Made by a program: the position numbers and the translations under genes
Notes under the pieces: generated by a model
Seen by the model: the letters and a program-made list of their open reading frames with translations, nothing else
Told to the model about the DNA's origin: nothing
Database searches by the model: none
Shown here: positions 1 through 8,392 of the stretch, piece after piece
Position numbering within the stretch: the stretch's first letter is position 1
How the letters are laid out: every line of letters starts with the position of its first letter
Origin: Anaerolineae bacterium
Lineage (GTDB): Bacteria; Chloroflexota; Anaerolineae; JAAYZQ01
Length of the DNA stretch: 46,647 nt
Assembly: GCA_034434895.1 (NCBI GenBank)
Contig: DAOTYI010000280.1
Coordinates: 1-46,647, forward strand
Reading direction: 5' to 3'

Positions 1-57
1 ATGCGGCTTGAACAGAGTCAGGTAGGTGAACAACACGGCTGGCACGAGCGATTCCAT
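1..57 (-). CDS. hypothetical protein, first ~19 codons only (continues off the left edge)
   Basis: Minus-strand ATG at 57..55 preceded by AGGAGG (the + strand reads ctcctcctgg at 61..70) with a 5-nt spacer. It reads MESLVPAVLFTYLTLFKPH... to the window edge. Too short to assign. Confidence 0.25.
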   Translation of the reverse strand, partial: MESLVPAVLFTYLTLFKPH

Positions 58-123
58 CAACTCCTCCTGGCAAAGGTTTGCACCCTATTGTACGTCAGGA
101 GGCGCGAGGGCTCAAACTCAGCC

Positions 124-561
124 CTAGTGCAACCGCCCCCGCCGCAAACGCTCCAGGATCTTGGCCCGTTCAAACTCGGCAAAGACCCCTTGCATCTCCA
201 GGAGCATCTTCTCCTCAGGGGTTTGCGCCTGCCGAGGGTGATTGAGAAAGGTCACTTCCACCCCCAGGCGTTGCCACTCCTCCAGAAGCAGGGCCTGGTA
301 GAGGTAGGAGCGGGCCAGCCGGTCAGGATCGTAAACCAGAATCTGGGGACAGGCGCCACTTTGCACCAGGTCGCGCAAGGCATCCAGGGCGGGACGGTCC
401 AGGGTACTGCTTGAATACCCTTCGTCCCGAAAGACCCATTCCGGTGGCACCTCAAGACCGGCGGCCTGGGCATAGGCTCGCAAAGCAGCCAACTGGCTGG
501 CGATAGTCTCCTCCTGCTCTTGAAGAGTCGTGGAGACCCGGACATACAGAGCGGCTTTCAT
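124..561 (-). CDS. serine recombinase family protein, N-terminal resolvase catalytic domain only (probably a truncated remnant of a large serine recombinase)
   Basis: The 145-aa ORF starts MKAALYVRVSTTLQ (catalytic Ser context YxRVS) and continues ...DRLARS...E.QG.FAEFERAKILERLRRGRLH, then hits TAG where large serine recombinases continue (K-A-R-x-G...). There is no recombinase or zinc-ribbon domain downstream. Strong SD GAAGGAGG lies upstream of the ATG. Confidence 0.8.
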   Translation of the reverse strand: MKAALYVRVSTTLQEQEETIASQLAALRAYAQAAGLEVPPEWVFRDEGYSSSTLDRPALDALRDLVQSGACPQILVYDPDRLARSYLYQALLLEEWQRLGVEVTFLNHPRQAQTPEEKMLLEMQGVFAEFERAKILERLRRGRLH

Positions 562-664
562 CGGTCACCTCCTTCGATGGTTTCTTGACTGCTGAGGGCT
601 GGACCCCTCGACTCAACCCGTGTGGGTGAGTCCTGTCTCCGACGAGACGCCGGTCGGCTGAGAA

Positions 665-693
665 GAGTATACACCTTCTGCAGGCGTCGGTCA
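665..693 (-). promoter_or_regulatory. sigma-70-type promoter for the recombinase remnant (TTGACC-17 nt-TATACT on the minus strand)
   Basis: The reverse complement of 688..693 is TTGACC and of 665..670 is TATACT, with an exact 17-nt spacer. It lies about 100 nt upstream of the ATG at 561. Confidence 0.5.
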
Positions 694-1020
694 ACCTCTC
701 GGGCGGAGACCTGCTCACAGACAACTCGCAAAGCCATAGCCAACCTCCTTGGGCATCAGGGATAACCCCATTGTACCCCACAGGAGATGAGCGTTGCCTT
801 TCTTCACTCATGCTCTGTGGCCTCGCCGGCAGACCGACGCCCACGGCGTGGTGGAAGTCGTATGAAGTTGTCAAAGTGCAAGCTGTACTTTGTGTCCCCC
901 CCTTAGCGGAGAGGGGAAGGGGGTTGGGGGATGGGGTGAGGTCCACCTTTGCCACCGTTTATGTTAATTTAACATTGTCGAGATAAACTCTAATGTTCCG
1001 AACGGGAGTGGCAGGGGGTC

Positions 1021-2040
1021 ATGGCAGAGCGGATCATTTCTCCCAGGAAAAAGGTGGAGGAGATCGGGCTGGATGTCAGTTTGCGCCCGCAGAGCCTGGA
1101 GGAGTATATCGGTCAGGAGCGGGTCAAGGAAAACCTGCGCATCCTCATCCGGGCGGCGCAGGCCCGGGACGAGGCGCTGGACCATGTGCTGTTCTACGGT
1201 CCGCCCGGCCTGGGGAAAACCAGCCTGGCGCACATCGTGGCTCACGAGATGGGGGTGAACATCCGGGTCACCTCCGGACCGGCCATCGAACGGGCCGGCG
1301 ACCTGGCGGCTATCCTGACCAACCTGCACAAGGGGGATGTGCTGTTCATAGATGAGGTTCACCGCCTGGGTCGTGTGGTGGAGGAGGTCCTCTACCCGGC
1401 GATGGAAGATTTTGCCCTGGACATTGTCATTGGCAAAGGGCCGGGGGCACGCAGCATCCGCCTCAATCTGCCCCGTTTTACGGTCATCGGGGCCACCACC
1501 CGCCTGGCGCTGATGACCGCGCCGCTGCGGGCCCGCTTTGGCGCGGTCTACCGCCTGGACTTTTACGACGAGGCGGCGATGGAGGCCATTGTTCGGCGCT
1601 CGGCGCGCATTCTGGGGGTGGAGATTGACCAGGAGGGGATCTGTGAGATCGCCCGTCGGGCGCGGGGCACGCCCCGTGTGGCCAACCGCCTACTCAAGCG
1701 GGTGCGCGATTATGCCCAGGTCCGCGCTGAAGGGATCATCACCCTGGCCGTGGCCCAGGAGGCGCTCTCCCTGCTGGATGTGGACCCGCTGGGCCTGGAT
1801 GACATAGACCGCCGCGTGCTGCGCACCATCATCGAAAAGTTTGACGGTGGTCCGGTGGGCCTGGAGACGATCGCGGCTGCCCTGTCTGAGGAGTCGGACA
1901 CGATTATGGACGTGGTGGAACCCTACCTGTTGCAGCTCGGCTTCCTGGATCGAACGCCACGGGGCCGGGTGGCCACCCGCCGCGCCTACGAGCACCTGGG
2001 CATCCCATACCGGGAGCCGGCGCAACCGGCTCTGTTTTGA
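1021..2040 (+). CDS. ruvB: Holliday junction branch migration DNA helicase RuvB
   Basis: 339 aa. Walker [22 protein letters not shown] Walker B/sensor, and a C-terminal winged-helix region (DxxGLD..DRRVL..I...F.GGPVGL.T.A) typical of RuvB. Confidence 0.97.
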   Translation: MAERIISPRKKVEEIGLDVSLRPQSLEEYIGQERVKENLRILIRAAQARDEALDHVLFYGPPGLGKTSLAHIVAHEMGVNIRVTSGPAIERAGDLAAILTNLHKGDVLFIDEVHRLGRVVEEVLYPAMEDFALDIVIGKGPGARSIRLNLPRFTVIGATTRLALMTAPLRARFGAVYRLDFYDEAAMEAIVRRSARILGVEIDQEGICEIARRARGTPRVANRLLKRVRDYAQVRAEGIITLAVAQEALSLLDVDPLGLDDIDRRVLRTIIEKFDGGPVGLETIAAALSEESDTIMDVVEPYLLQLGFLDRTPRGRVATRRAYEHLGIPYREPAQPALF

Positions 2041-2094
2041 AGGGTGAACCGGCGCCCTGGCGGGTGTGAAAGCGCCCCTGTCGGAGTGAAGGCG

Positions 2095-3510
2095 ATGAGG
2101 TCTGACCGGCGCAGACCGCTGTTCCTCCTGGGCCTGGCCAGCGCCCTGGTCTATCTGCTGGCCTTTACCCTGCCCTACTGGCTGCCCCGATATGCCCTCA
2201 ACGTCCAGGACGAGATCTATCAGTACGCGGCCAGGGAGCCGTGGCGGGGGGTGCTGTTCTATGCTGCCCTGGCCCTTCTGTTCCTCTTGTACCTGATTGC
2301 CTGTCGCCATGTGGCCCGGCAGGGAGAGGGCCGGGATGATGCCTGGCTGGTAGGGGGTTGGACACTGATCTTTTGCCTGTTGCTCATCCCTGTCCAATCT
2401 ATCACCTCGTCCGATCTGTATGGGTATCTGTTCGAGGGCCGGATCGTGGCCGTGCTGGGCGAGAACCCATTTGCCCATCGCTACAGCGACTTTGCCGCCG
2501 ATCCATTCTACTTCTGTGTAACCTTTCATCACCTGCCGGCCACTACCGGCTATGGGCCGCTGTGGATTGCCCTGACCTCGGCCCTGGGTTGGCTGGCCCG
2601 CGACCGGCTGGTGCTCAATCTCTTCCTGCTCAAGGGGATGGCCGCCGGGTTTCACCTGCTTGGCGCCCTGCTGGTCTACAGGACTCTCAGGCGATCGGCT
2701 CCGGCCCACAGGGTGGCCGGGATGCTGTTCTACGCCTGGAATCCGCTGTTGCTCCACGAGCTGGTGGGCAACGGGCACAATGACGCGGCGGTTGCTGCCT
2801 TTGCTTTGCTGGGCTTTTGCCTTCTCGCCCACGGCCGGGGTCTGTGGGCCGTTCCGTGCCTGATGGCTGCGGCGCTGATCAAGCCGGTGGCCTTGCTCTG
2901 GGTGCCGCCGGTGGCCCTCTGGCTTGTGGGGCAGGGTCTCACCTGGCCGGCCCGTGTCCGCCGGGCAGTGGGGGTTGCGACCCTGACCATTCTGCCGGCG
3001 GTGCTGGCCTATGCTCCCTTCTGGGCGGGGGCGGCGACCTTTCGTGGCCTGTTGATGCAGAGCGACATCCACGGCAACTCTCTGCCCAATCTGTTGATCC
3101 AGGCCTTCTCGAACCTGTGGCCGGAGGCAGGAGAGCGGATTGTCCAGGGGGTCAAGCTTCTCACCATCCTGGCGTTTGTCCCGTTCTACCTGAATCGGCT
3201 GCGGTTGGCCCGGCGTGACCTGATGCGTGCCTGTTTCGATGTGATCCTCTTTTATCTGTTCTTCGTCGGTTTGCAGTTCATGCCCTGGTATGTCACCTGG
3301 CTGCTGGTTCCTGCGGCCCTGATCGCCGGCCCTGCCCCTGACCGCCGTCGCTCCGTGGCCCTCATCCTCTGTCTGCTGGCGCCGCTTCTCTATTTTCCCT
3401 TCGGCTGGCAGTGGGCCAGGGACCATCTGCTGGACTGGGAAGTGGCCCTGCTGGCCTGCGTGCCGGTGGTGGGGGCCGGCCTGTGGCTGATCGGGCGTGC
3501 CTCAGAGTAG
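2095..3510 (+). CDS. polytopic membrane protein, GT-C-fold glycosyltransferase-like (DUF2029/MptB-like mannosyltransferase family by motif recall)
   Basis: More than 10 hydrophobic segments. The motif WNPLLLHELVGNGHNDAAV resembles the NPLxxxxxxGGxHND loop I recall from polyprenol-phosphate-mannose-dependent GT-C enzymes. I prefer ATG 2095 (GGAG 8 nt upstream) over the GTG at 2044 given in the ORF track. Confidence 0.6.
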   Translation: MRSDRRRPLFLLGLASALVYLLAFTLPYWLPRYALNVQDEIYQYAAREPWRGVLFYAALALLFLLYLIACRHVARQGEGRDDAWLVGGWTLIFCLLLIPVQSITSSDLYGYLFEGRIVAVLGENPFAHRYSDFAADPFYFCVTFHHLPATTGYGPLWIALTSALGWLARDRLVLNLFLLKGMAAGFHLLGALLVYRTLRRSAPAHRVAGMLFYAWNPLLLHELVGNGHNDAAVAAFALLGFCLLAHGRGLWAVPCLMAAALIKPVALLWVPPVALWLVGQGLTWPARVRRAVGVATLTILPAVLAYAPFWAGAATFRGLLMQSDIHGNSLPNLLIQAFSNLWPEAGERIVQGVKLLTILAFVPFYLNRLRLARRDLMRACFDVILFYLFFVGLQFMPWYVTWLLVPAALIAGPAPDRRRSVALILCLLAPLLYFPFGWQWARDHLLDWEVALLACVPVVGAGLWLIGRASE

Positions 3511-3522
3511 GGCAACTACTGG

Positions 3523-3546
3523 AGGGCAACTGCGAGCAGTTGCCCT
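3523..3546 (+). terminator. GC-rich hairpin just after the GT-C gene (possible terminator, no U-tract)
   Basis: AGGGCAACTGC / GCAGTTGCCCT gives a 10-11 bp perfect stem, 13 nt after the TAG at 3508..3510. No T-run follows, so intrinsic-terminator status is uncertain. Confidence 0.35.
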
Positions 3547-3565
3547 ACAATAGGGCCGGTTGGAT

Positions 3566-3594
3566 TTGACCTGAAGAGAATTTAGGGTTATAAT
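3566..3594 (+). promoter_or_regulatory. consensus sigma-70-type promoter (TTGACC-17 nt-TATAAT) upstream of the GT2 gene
   Basis: TTGACC at 3566..3571, a 17-nt spacer, TATAAT at 3589..3594, in an AT-richer gap 69 nt upstream of the ATG at 3663. Confidence 0.55.
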
Positions 3595-3662
3595 CATTAA
3601 AACATGTCATCGGCCATGCCTTTTGGACTGGCCGGTGGCTCGGAAGGGTTGAATAGAATATC

Positions 3663-4766
3663 ATGACCAGAGGCTATCCTCATCAGGTCAGCACTGCCCC
3701 TCTGGTAACGGTCTTTATCCTCTCCTTCAATGGTCGAAGGTATTTGGATGCCTGCCTGCACTCAGTCCTTGATCAGGACTTTCCAGAGGAACAATTCGAG
3801 ATCTTGCTGATAGACAACGGCTCGACCGATGGGTCGGCCGATTATGTGGCGGCCAACTATCCCCAGGTACGGCTGTTGCGCCACGGGCGAAATCTGGGTG
3901 TGGATGCCGGCCTCAATCAGGCCCGGGATCATGCCCGGGGGCAATACCTGGCCTATTTGAGCCAGGATGTGGTCGTGCATCGCCATTGGCTCTCGGCCCT
4001 GGTGGAAGCCGTGCAGAGCGACCCCCTGGCGCGCCTGGTCGCCAGCAACATCTATTTCCCCTGGTGGCCCGAATTCAATCCCCACGACCGGATTGGCTGG
4101 CCGGAGCGGGCTTATATCTGCGATCTGACCGGCTACGGGGTGCTTGACTACTATTCGATGCCGCTCACGGCCCTCTCGGCCCCCATCCCGGTCCTGGCCG
4201 CCGATACTGCGGCGAGCATGATTGACCGCCGCCTGGTGGACGAATTGGGCTACATCCTGGATGACGACTTTTTTATGTACGGCGATGTGATTGACCTCTG
4301 TCTGCGCATCAACTCCATCGGCCGCAAGGTGCTGTTTGTCCCCTGTTCGGTGGCCTATAACCACAGCGACTGGCAACTCAAGCTCAACCGCCGGACGTTG
4401 CTCAAGGCGCTGCGTTCCTCGCGCAACAACCTGCTGGCCTTTTACAAAGTGAGCTACACGGGTGAGTTCGTGGCCATGCTGCCCCGTCTGCTGCGAGGAC
4501 ACCTGCATCGTGGTCAGCAACATGGCCTGTCGCGCATGCGGAACCTGCTCTACGGCCTGGCCGCCGTGCCGATGGCCCTGTTGGGCCTGGGCCTGGCTGT
4601 GGCGCGGATGCCGCGCATTCAACCCAAGCGCCGCCTGGCCCTGCAAAAGCGGACGATGGGCCGGGGCTGGCTGATAGACCGCCTGCGCCACCCGGGCTGG
4701 CAGCCCGATCCCAACGTGTGGCTGGCCCGATCGGTCCCCTCCAGGAACCAGTCTGAAAACCACTAA
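3663..4766 (+). CDS. glycosyltransferase family 2
   Basis: The N-terminus VTVFILSFNGRRYLDACLHSVLDQDFPEEQFEILLIDNGSTDGS is the classic GT2 (GT-A) signature with a later DxD-like region. The C-terminal part is hydrophobic or amphipathic. The last codons (SENH-stop) lie inside a palindromic repeat. Confidence 0.9.
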   Translation: MTRGYPHQVSTAPLVTVFILSFNGRRYLDACLHSVLDQDFPEEQFEILLIDNGSTDGSADYVAANYPQVRLLRHGRNLGVDAGLNQARDHARGQYLAYLSQDVVVHRHWLSALVEAVQSDPLARLVASNIYFPWWPEFNPHDRIGWPERAYICDLTGYGVLDYYSMPLTALSAPIPVLAADTAASMIDRRLVDELGYILDDDFFMYGDVIDLCLRINSIGRKVLFVPCSVAYNHSDWQLKLNRRTLLKALRSSRNNLLAFYKVSYTGEFVAMLPRLLRGHLHRGQQHGLSRMRNLLYGLAAVPMALLGLGLAVARMPRIQPKRRLALQKRTMGRGWLIDRLRHPGWQPDPNVWLARSVPSRNQSENH

Positions 4767-4858
4767 GGACACGAAGGATACAAAGAATTTCTGTCAATTT
4801 CATGCCATTTCTTTGTCCTGTGCGCCTCCGTGGTAGACTTTTCAGCCAGGCTCTGAGT
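4745..4858. repeat. palindromic intergenic element, copy A of the 'CTGAAAACCAC..GGACAC.AAGGA' family
   Basis: The left arm GTCTGAAAACCACTAAGGACACGAAGGATACAAAGAA (4751..4787) pairs imperfectly with TTCTTTGTCCTGTGCGCCTCCGTGGTAGACTTTTCAG (about 4809..4845). The ends are shared with copy C at 12.1 kb. Confidence 0.7.
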
Positions 4859-4871
4859 AGAGTCTACTCAC

Positions 4872-4960
4872 AATAAGAAATTCCACCACAAAGGCCCAAA
4901 GACACCAAGAAATTTCCCTAAATCTTTGAGTCTTGGTGTCTTGGTGGTTAAAATTTTTGA
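4872..4960. repeat. palindromic intergenic element, copy B (diverged member of the same family)
   Basis: CCACCACAAAGGCCCAAAGACACCAAGA (4883..4910) pairs with TCTTGGTGTCTTGGTGGTTAAAA (4931..4953). It has the same CCACCA / CAAAGG / ACACCAAG word content as copies A and C. Confidence 0.6.
4926..4954 (+). promoter_or_regulatory. candidate promoter (TTGAGT-17 nt-TAAAAT) inside repeat copy B, facing the aminotransferase/FAS operon
   Basis: TTGAGT at 4926..4931, a 17-nt spacer, TAAAAT at 4949..4954, 168 nt upstream of the ATG at 5122. This is a weaker match than the other promoters. Confidence 0.3.
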
Positions 4961-5121
4961 CGAGGCAATTGGCTTATGTGCATGAACTCTAGCGACAGGG
5001 GTTACACAGTCAAGTTCAGAAGGATACGGATGGCGCGGAAAAACGCGGAGCTCCACCGATGAACTCCAGGAATCGGTATTCGTCTGCGTTGGTCTGTGCC
5101 CAAAACAGAAAGTGAGAGTGA

Positions 5122-6258
5122 ATGAACATTCAACTCTTCAAGCCTTTTATGGGTGAAGAGGAAATTCAGGCTGTAGCGGAGGTGCTCCGCTCCGGCTGGA
5201 TCGGCCTGGGGCCCAAGACCGCCGACTTTGAGCGGGCGTTTGCCGCTTTCCTGGGGGCGCCCTACGCCGTGGGCCTCAGCTCGGCGACGGCGGCACTGGA
5301 CCTGGCGGTGCGGTTGTTGCACATCAACCATGGCGACGAAGTGATCGTACCGGCCATGACCTTCGTATCCACTGCCCATGCCGTGGCCTACAATCTGGCC
5401 ACCCCCATCTTTGCCGATGTGGACCCCGATACCCTGCTGATTGACATCGAGGATGTGGCGCGCAAAATCACGCCCCGCACCCGGGCCATCATCCCGGTGC
5501 ACTATGGCGGGCGGCCGGTGGATATGGATCGCCTGCGCCAGGTGGCGGGCAAGATCCCCCTCATCGAGGATGCCGCCCATGCCTGCGGCGCCGAATACAA
5601 GGGCCGCAAGGCCGGCACGTTGGGGGACCTGGCCTGCTTTAGCTTTCACGCTGTCAAAAACCTGGCCACCGGCGATGGCGGCGCGTTGGTCACCTGCGAT
5701 CAGGCGTTGATGGAACGGGCCAAACGGCTGCGCTGGCTGGGCATTGACCGGGGCACCTGGGATCGCACCGGCGCCGATCGCTCCTACTGGTGGCAATATT
5801 TCGTGGACGAGATCGGACTCAAATGCCACATGAACGACATCGCGGCGGCCATCGGCCTGGTACAACTGCGCCGGCTGCCGGCCACCAACGCCCGTCGCCG
5901 ACAGATCGCCGAGATGTACACCGCCGGCCTGAGCGATCTCCCCTGGCTCCAGACGCCGCGTATGGACACCCCCGATTCGATCTCGTCGTGGCACATCTAC
6001 TGCATCCAGGTGGAAGGCCGGGACGATCTGAACGTTTATCTGCAGGAGAAAGGGATCGGCACCGGCGTCCATTATAAACCGATCCACCTCTACACCTGTT
6101 ATGGCAACCGGCCTCATCTGCCCCAGGCTGAGGCCGCCTTTGAACGGATCCTCTCCCTGCCCATGCATCCGGGGTTGAGCGACGAGGAGGTGGAGTATGT
6201 CATCGAGTCTATCCGCTCTTTTCAACCCCCGGCCCACCGTCGGGGAGGGACGGCGTGA
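5122..6258 (+). CDS. DegT/DnrJ/EryC1/StrS-family PLP-dependent sugar aminotransferase
   Basis: 378 aa. It has the family-typical GxKxxxFE..FA.FLG, SATAAL, VIVPAMTFVSTA, DAAHA.G and SFHAVKN (PLP lysine context) motifs. Confidence 0.92.
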   Translation: MNIQLFKPFMGEEEIQAVAEVLRSGWIGLGPKTADFERAFAAFLGAPYAVGLSSATAALDLAVRLLHINHGDEVIVPAMTFVSTAHAVAYNLATPIFADVDPDTLLIDIEDVARKITPRTRAIIPVHYGGRPVDMDRLRQVAGKIPLIEDAAHACGAEYKGRKAGTLGDLACFSFHAVKNLATGDGGALVTCDQALMERAKRLRWLGIDRGTWDRTGADRSYWWQYFVDEIGLKCHMNDIAAAIGLVQLRRLPATNARRRQIAEMYTAGLSDLPWLQTPRMDTPDSISSWHIYCIQVEGRDDLNVYLQEKGIGTGVHYKPIHLYTCYGNRPHLPQAEAAFERILSLPMHPGLSDEEVEYVIESIRSFQPPAHRRGGTA

Positions 6259-7022
6259 CCAACCCTCTGGATACTGCTCCTGAGCTGAAGGGCAAAGTCC
6301 TTCTCGTCACCGGCGGCTCGCGGGGGATCGGCGCCGAGATCGTGCGCCAGGCGGTGAGGCGGGGCGCAGCGGTTGCTTTCTGTGCCCGAACCCCCGGCCC
6401 GACGGTCCAGGAAGAAGCAGCGCAGGCAGGAGGGCGTCTGCTCGCTGTGCAGGCCGATGTCTCCCGTGAGGAAGAGGTCGAAGCCCTGTTCGACATCACC
6501 CGCCGCACCTTTGGCCGGGTGGATGTAGTGGTCAACAATGCGGGCATCAGCCGCGAGGCCCTGCTGGTCTCTCTTCCCCTCTCAACCTGGGACGAGGTCA
6601 TCGCCACCAACCTCACCGGGCCGTTCCTGGTCTCGCGCCGGGCGGTCCGGGAGTTCCTGGCGCAGGGCACAGGAGGGCGGATCCTCTCCATCGGCTCGGT
6701 GATGCAGGAGGGAGCGCCCTCCAATGCCAGCTATGCAGTCAGCAAGGGAGGGCTGATCGGCTTGACACAGGCCATCGCCCGGCAGTATGGCAGGCATGGC
6801 ATTTCTGCCTGTCTGATCGTCGTGGGGGCGGTTGAAACGGAGCTGACACGGCAGGTGCCGGAAGGGCTGAAACGGGCCGTCATCGAAGCCTGTCCCCAGA
6901 AACGGCAGGCAACGGCCGGTGAAGTGGCCTCTGTGGTCCTGTTCCTGGCTTCATCGCGGGCAGCTCTGGCCAACGGCCAGGCGATCTATGTCGGTGGGGG
7001 ATTGCGGGAGGTGATGCTCTGA
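6255..7022 (+). CDS. 3-oxoacyl-[ACP] reductase-like short-chain dehydrogenase (FabG-like)
   Basis: TGGSRGIG Rossmann motif, NNAGI, and Ser...YAVSKGG (YxxxK) catalytic motifs. The GTG start overlaps the upstream stop (GTGA). Confidence 0.85.
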   Translation: MTNPLDTAPELKGKVLLVTGGSRGIGAEIVRQAVRRGAAVAFCARTPGPTVQEEAAQAGGRLLAVQADVSREEEVEALFDITRRTFGRVDVVVNNAGISREALLVSLPLSTWDEVIATNLTGPFLVSRRAVREFLAQGTGGRILSIGSVMQEGAPSNASYAVSKGGLIGLTQAIARQYGRHGISACLIVVGAVETELTRQVPEGLKRAVIEACPQKRQATAGEVASVVLFLASSRAALANGQAIYVGGGLREVML

Positions 7023-7846
7023 TGGCGGAGGGGTTGCAGGGCGCAGTGGTCCTCATCACCGGCGGAACGCGGGGGCTGGGCAAGGCGATCGGGATCGAGT
7101 TCGCCCGCGCCGGCGCCCGGGTCTATCTCACCCATCGCTGGGGGAGCGTGGATGAAGAGGAGCTGGCCGCCGAGTTTCGGACCCTGGGCCTGCCTGTGCC
7201 ACGCATCGTCGAGGCGGACGCCGGCGACCCGGAGGCGACGCGGGAGCTGATGGCCCTGCTCCAGGCGGAGGTCGGCCGGCTGGATGTCGTGATCAGCAAC
7301 GTCGCCTTTGCCAAAGTGGTGCGCGATCTGGAAGATCTGAAAAGAAACGCCTTTGAACTGTCGCTCAGATATTCAGCCTGGCCGGTGGTGGACCTGGTTC
7401 AGGCGGCGCATCAGGCTTTCGGGCGTTATCCGCGGTATGTCATCGGCATCTCCAGCGGCGGTGGGGAGGTCTGCTTTGACGGCTATGACCTGGCCGGCGC
7501 TGCCAAGGCGGTGCTGGAAACGCTGTGCCGCTACCTGGCCTTTCGCCTCAAACGATACGGCGTGCGGGTCAACGTCGTCCGCCCCGGCCTGCTGGACACT
7601 GCCAGCGCCCGGGCAACATTTGGTGACGAGACGGTGGAAGCCATCCAGAGCCGGTTAGGAACCTGGCTGCTTGACCCGCGCCAGGTGGCCCGGGTGTGCG
7701 TGGCCCTCTGCTCCGGCTGGATGGATGCTGTGACCGGCCAGGTGATCGTCGTGGATGAAGGCTGGTCGCTGGTCAGCCCGATTGCGTACCTGACCGGCCG
7801 TGGCCTGCCGGGCGGGTTCCCGGAAGAGGAGGGACCGGCCTCATGA
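7022..7846 (+). CDS. enoyl-[ACP] reductase-like SDR (FabL/FabI type, Y-x6-K)
   Basis: TGGTRGLGKA Rossmann motif. ISSGGGEVCFDGYDLAGAAKAVLETLCRYLAFRL aligns by eye with B. subtilis FabL [34 protein letters not shown], which has the Tyr-x6-Lys spacing of enoyl reductases rather than YxxxK. The start overlaps the upstream stop by 1 nt. Confidence 0.72.
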   Translation: MAEGLQGAVVLITGGTRGLGKAIGIEFARAGARVYLTHRWGSVDEEELAAEFRTLGLPVPRIVEADAGDPEATRELMALLQAEVGRLDVVISNVAFAKVVRDLEDLKRNAFELSLRYSAWPVVDLVQAAHQAFGRYPRYVIGISSGGGEVCFDGYDLAGAAKAVLETLCRYLAFRLKRYGVRVNVVRPGLLDTASARATFGDETVEAIQSRLGTWLLDPRQVARVCVALCSGWMDAVTGQVIVVDEGWSLVSPIAYLTGRGLPGGFPEEEGPAS

Positions 7847-8355
7847 CCTGGGATCTGTCCGCCGAGGGGGTAGAACTCTTGCGCCGGGCAGCGAAGGAGC
7901 TGCTCCTGCCGCCGGTTGAGCGGGAAAAGGGGCCGTTTCTCGACCGGGCAGCCGTCGAAGCGCTGCTGCCGCACCGCGATCCGTTCCTGCTGGTGGACCG
8001 GGTTACCCGGCTTGACCTGGAGCGGGGCATCGTGGTCGCCCGCTATGATCTGAACCGGGCCGGGGCAGTCCTGGCCGGGCATTTTCCGGGCCGGCCGGTG
8101 TGGCCTGGCGTCTTGCAGGTGGAGGCCATTGCCCAGGCGGGCGGCCTGCTCCACCTGGCCCGGACCGGCCTTTCCGGGGCGGAAGGTGCTGCGCTGACGC
8201 ACATTTTCGCCGCCCGTTTCCTCCGGCCGGTCACGCCCGGCGGCGAGCTGGAGATCATAGCCCATCTTTGGGAAGAGGGGTTGTTGCTCACCGTCATCGG
8301 GCAATGTTTGCACCACAACAAGATCTGTTCAGTGGCTGCCGTAGCCATCCTTTGA
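7843..8355 (+). CDS. fabZ: 3-hydroxyacyl-[ACP] dehydratase (FabZ/FabA hot-dog fold)
   Basis: LLPHRDPFLLVDRV...GHFPGRPVWPGVLQVEAIAQ matches the FabZ signature LPHRYPFLLVDR...GHFP..PVMPGVL..EA.AQ, including the catalytic His and Glu. ATGA overlap with the upstream gene. Confidence 0.88.
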   Translation: MTWDLSAEGVELLRRAAKELLLPPVEREKGPFLDRAAVEALLPHRDPFLLVDRVTRLDLERGIVVARYDLNRAGAVLAGHFPGRPVWPGVLQVEAIAQAGGLLHLARTGLSGAEGAALTHIFAARFLRPVTPGGELEIIAHLWEEGLLLTVIGQCLHHNKICSVAAVAIL

Positions 8356-8392
8356 AGGAGACAGGTTCAGAATGACTCGTGAGGAAATTTTT
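8354..8392 (+). repeat. direct repeat copy 1: duplicated SD + ATG + first 7 codons of the ACP gene
   Basis: GAAGGAGACAGGTTCAGAATGACTCGTGAGGAAATTTTT is identical over 39 nt to 8506..8544. Confidence 0.95.

Noticed and set aside
558-743. 61-aa minus-strand ORF immediately upstream of the recombinase fragment.
   Set aside because: It has no recognisable motif, and the region contains a consensus promoter (665..693) with a structured leader for the recombinase gene. It is better explained as 5' UTR. It could still be a small protein, but I have no supporting evidence.
898-923. C-run/G-run hairpin (CCCCCTT..12 nt..AAGGGGG) followed by GGGGATGGGGTGAGG in the recombinase-ruvB gap.
   Set aside because: It resembles the G/C-tract REP-like repeats common in some genomes, but there is only one copy in this window and the stem is short. 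I note it without a functional call.
995-1003. Palindrome GTTCCGAAC just upstream of ruvB, considered as a possible LexA/SOS box.
   Set aside because: Its orientation and spacing (GTTC-N1-GAAC) do not match the Gram-positive-type Cheo box GAAC-N4-GTTC. It is a single short palindrome, and I cannot support a regulatory call.
1690-3426. Very long antisense ORFs. Examples are 1690..3426(-) 578 aa, 3762..4772(-), 5002..6237(-), 10691..12646(-) 651 aa, 18860..20047(-), 20499..22217(-), 26391..27881(-), 28509..30395(-) and 43565..44677(-).
   Set aside because: They lie opposite genes with strong family signatures and have Arg/Gly/Pro/Gln-rich low-complexity translations with no recognisable motifs. 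This is typical of stop-codon-poor shadow frames in GC-rich DNA.
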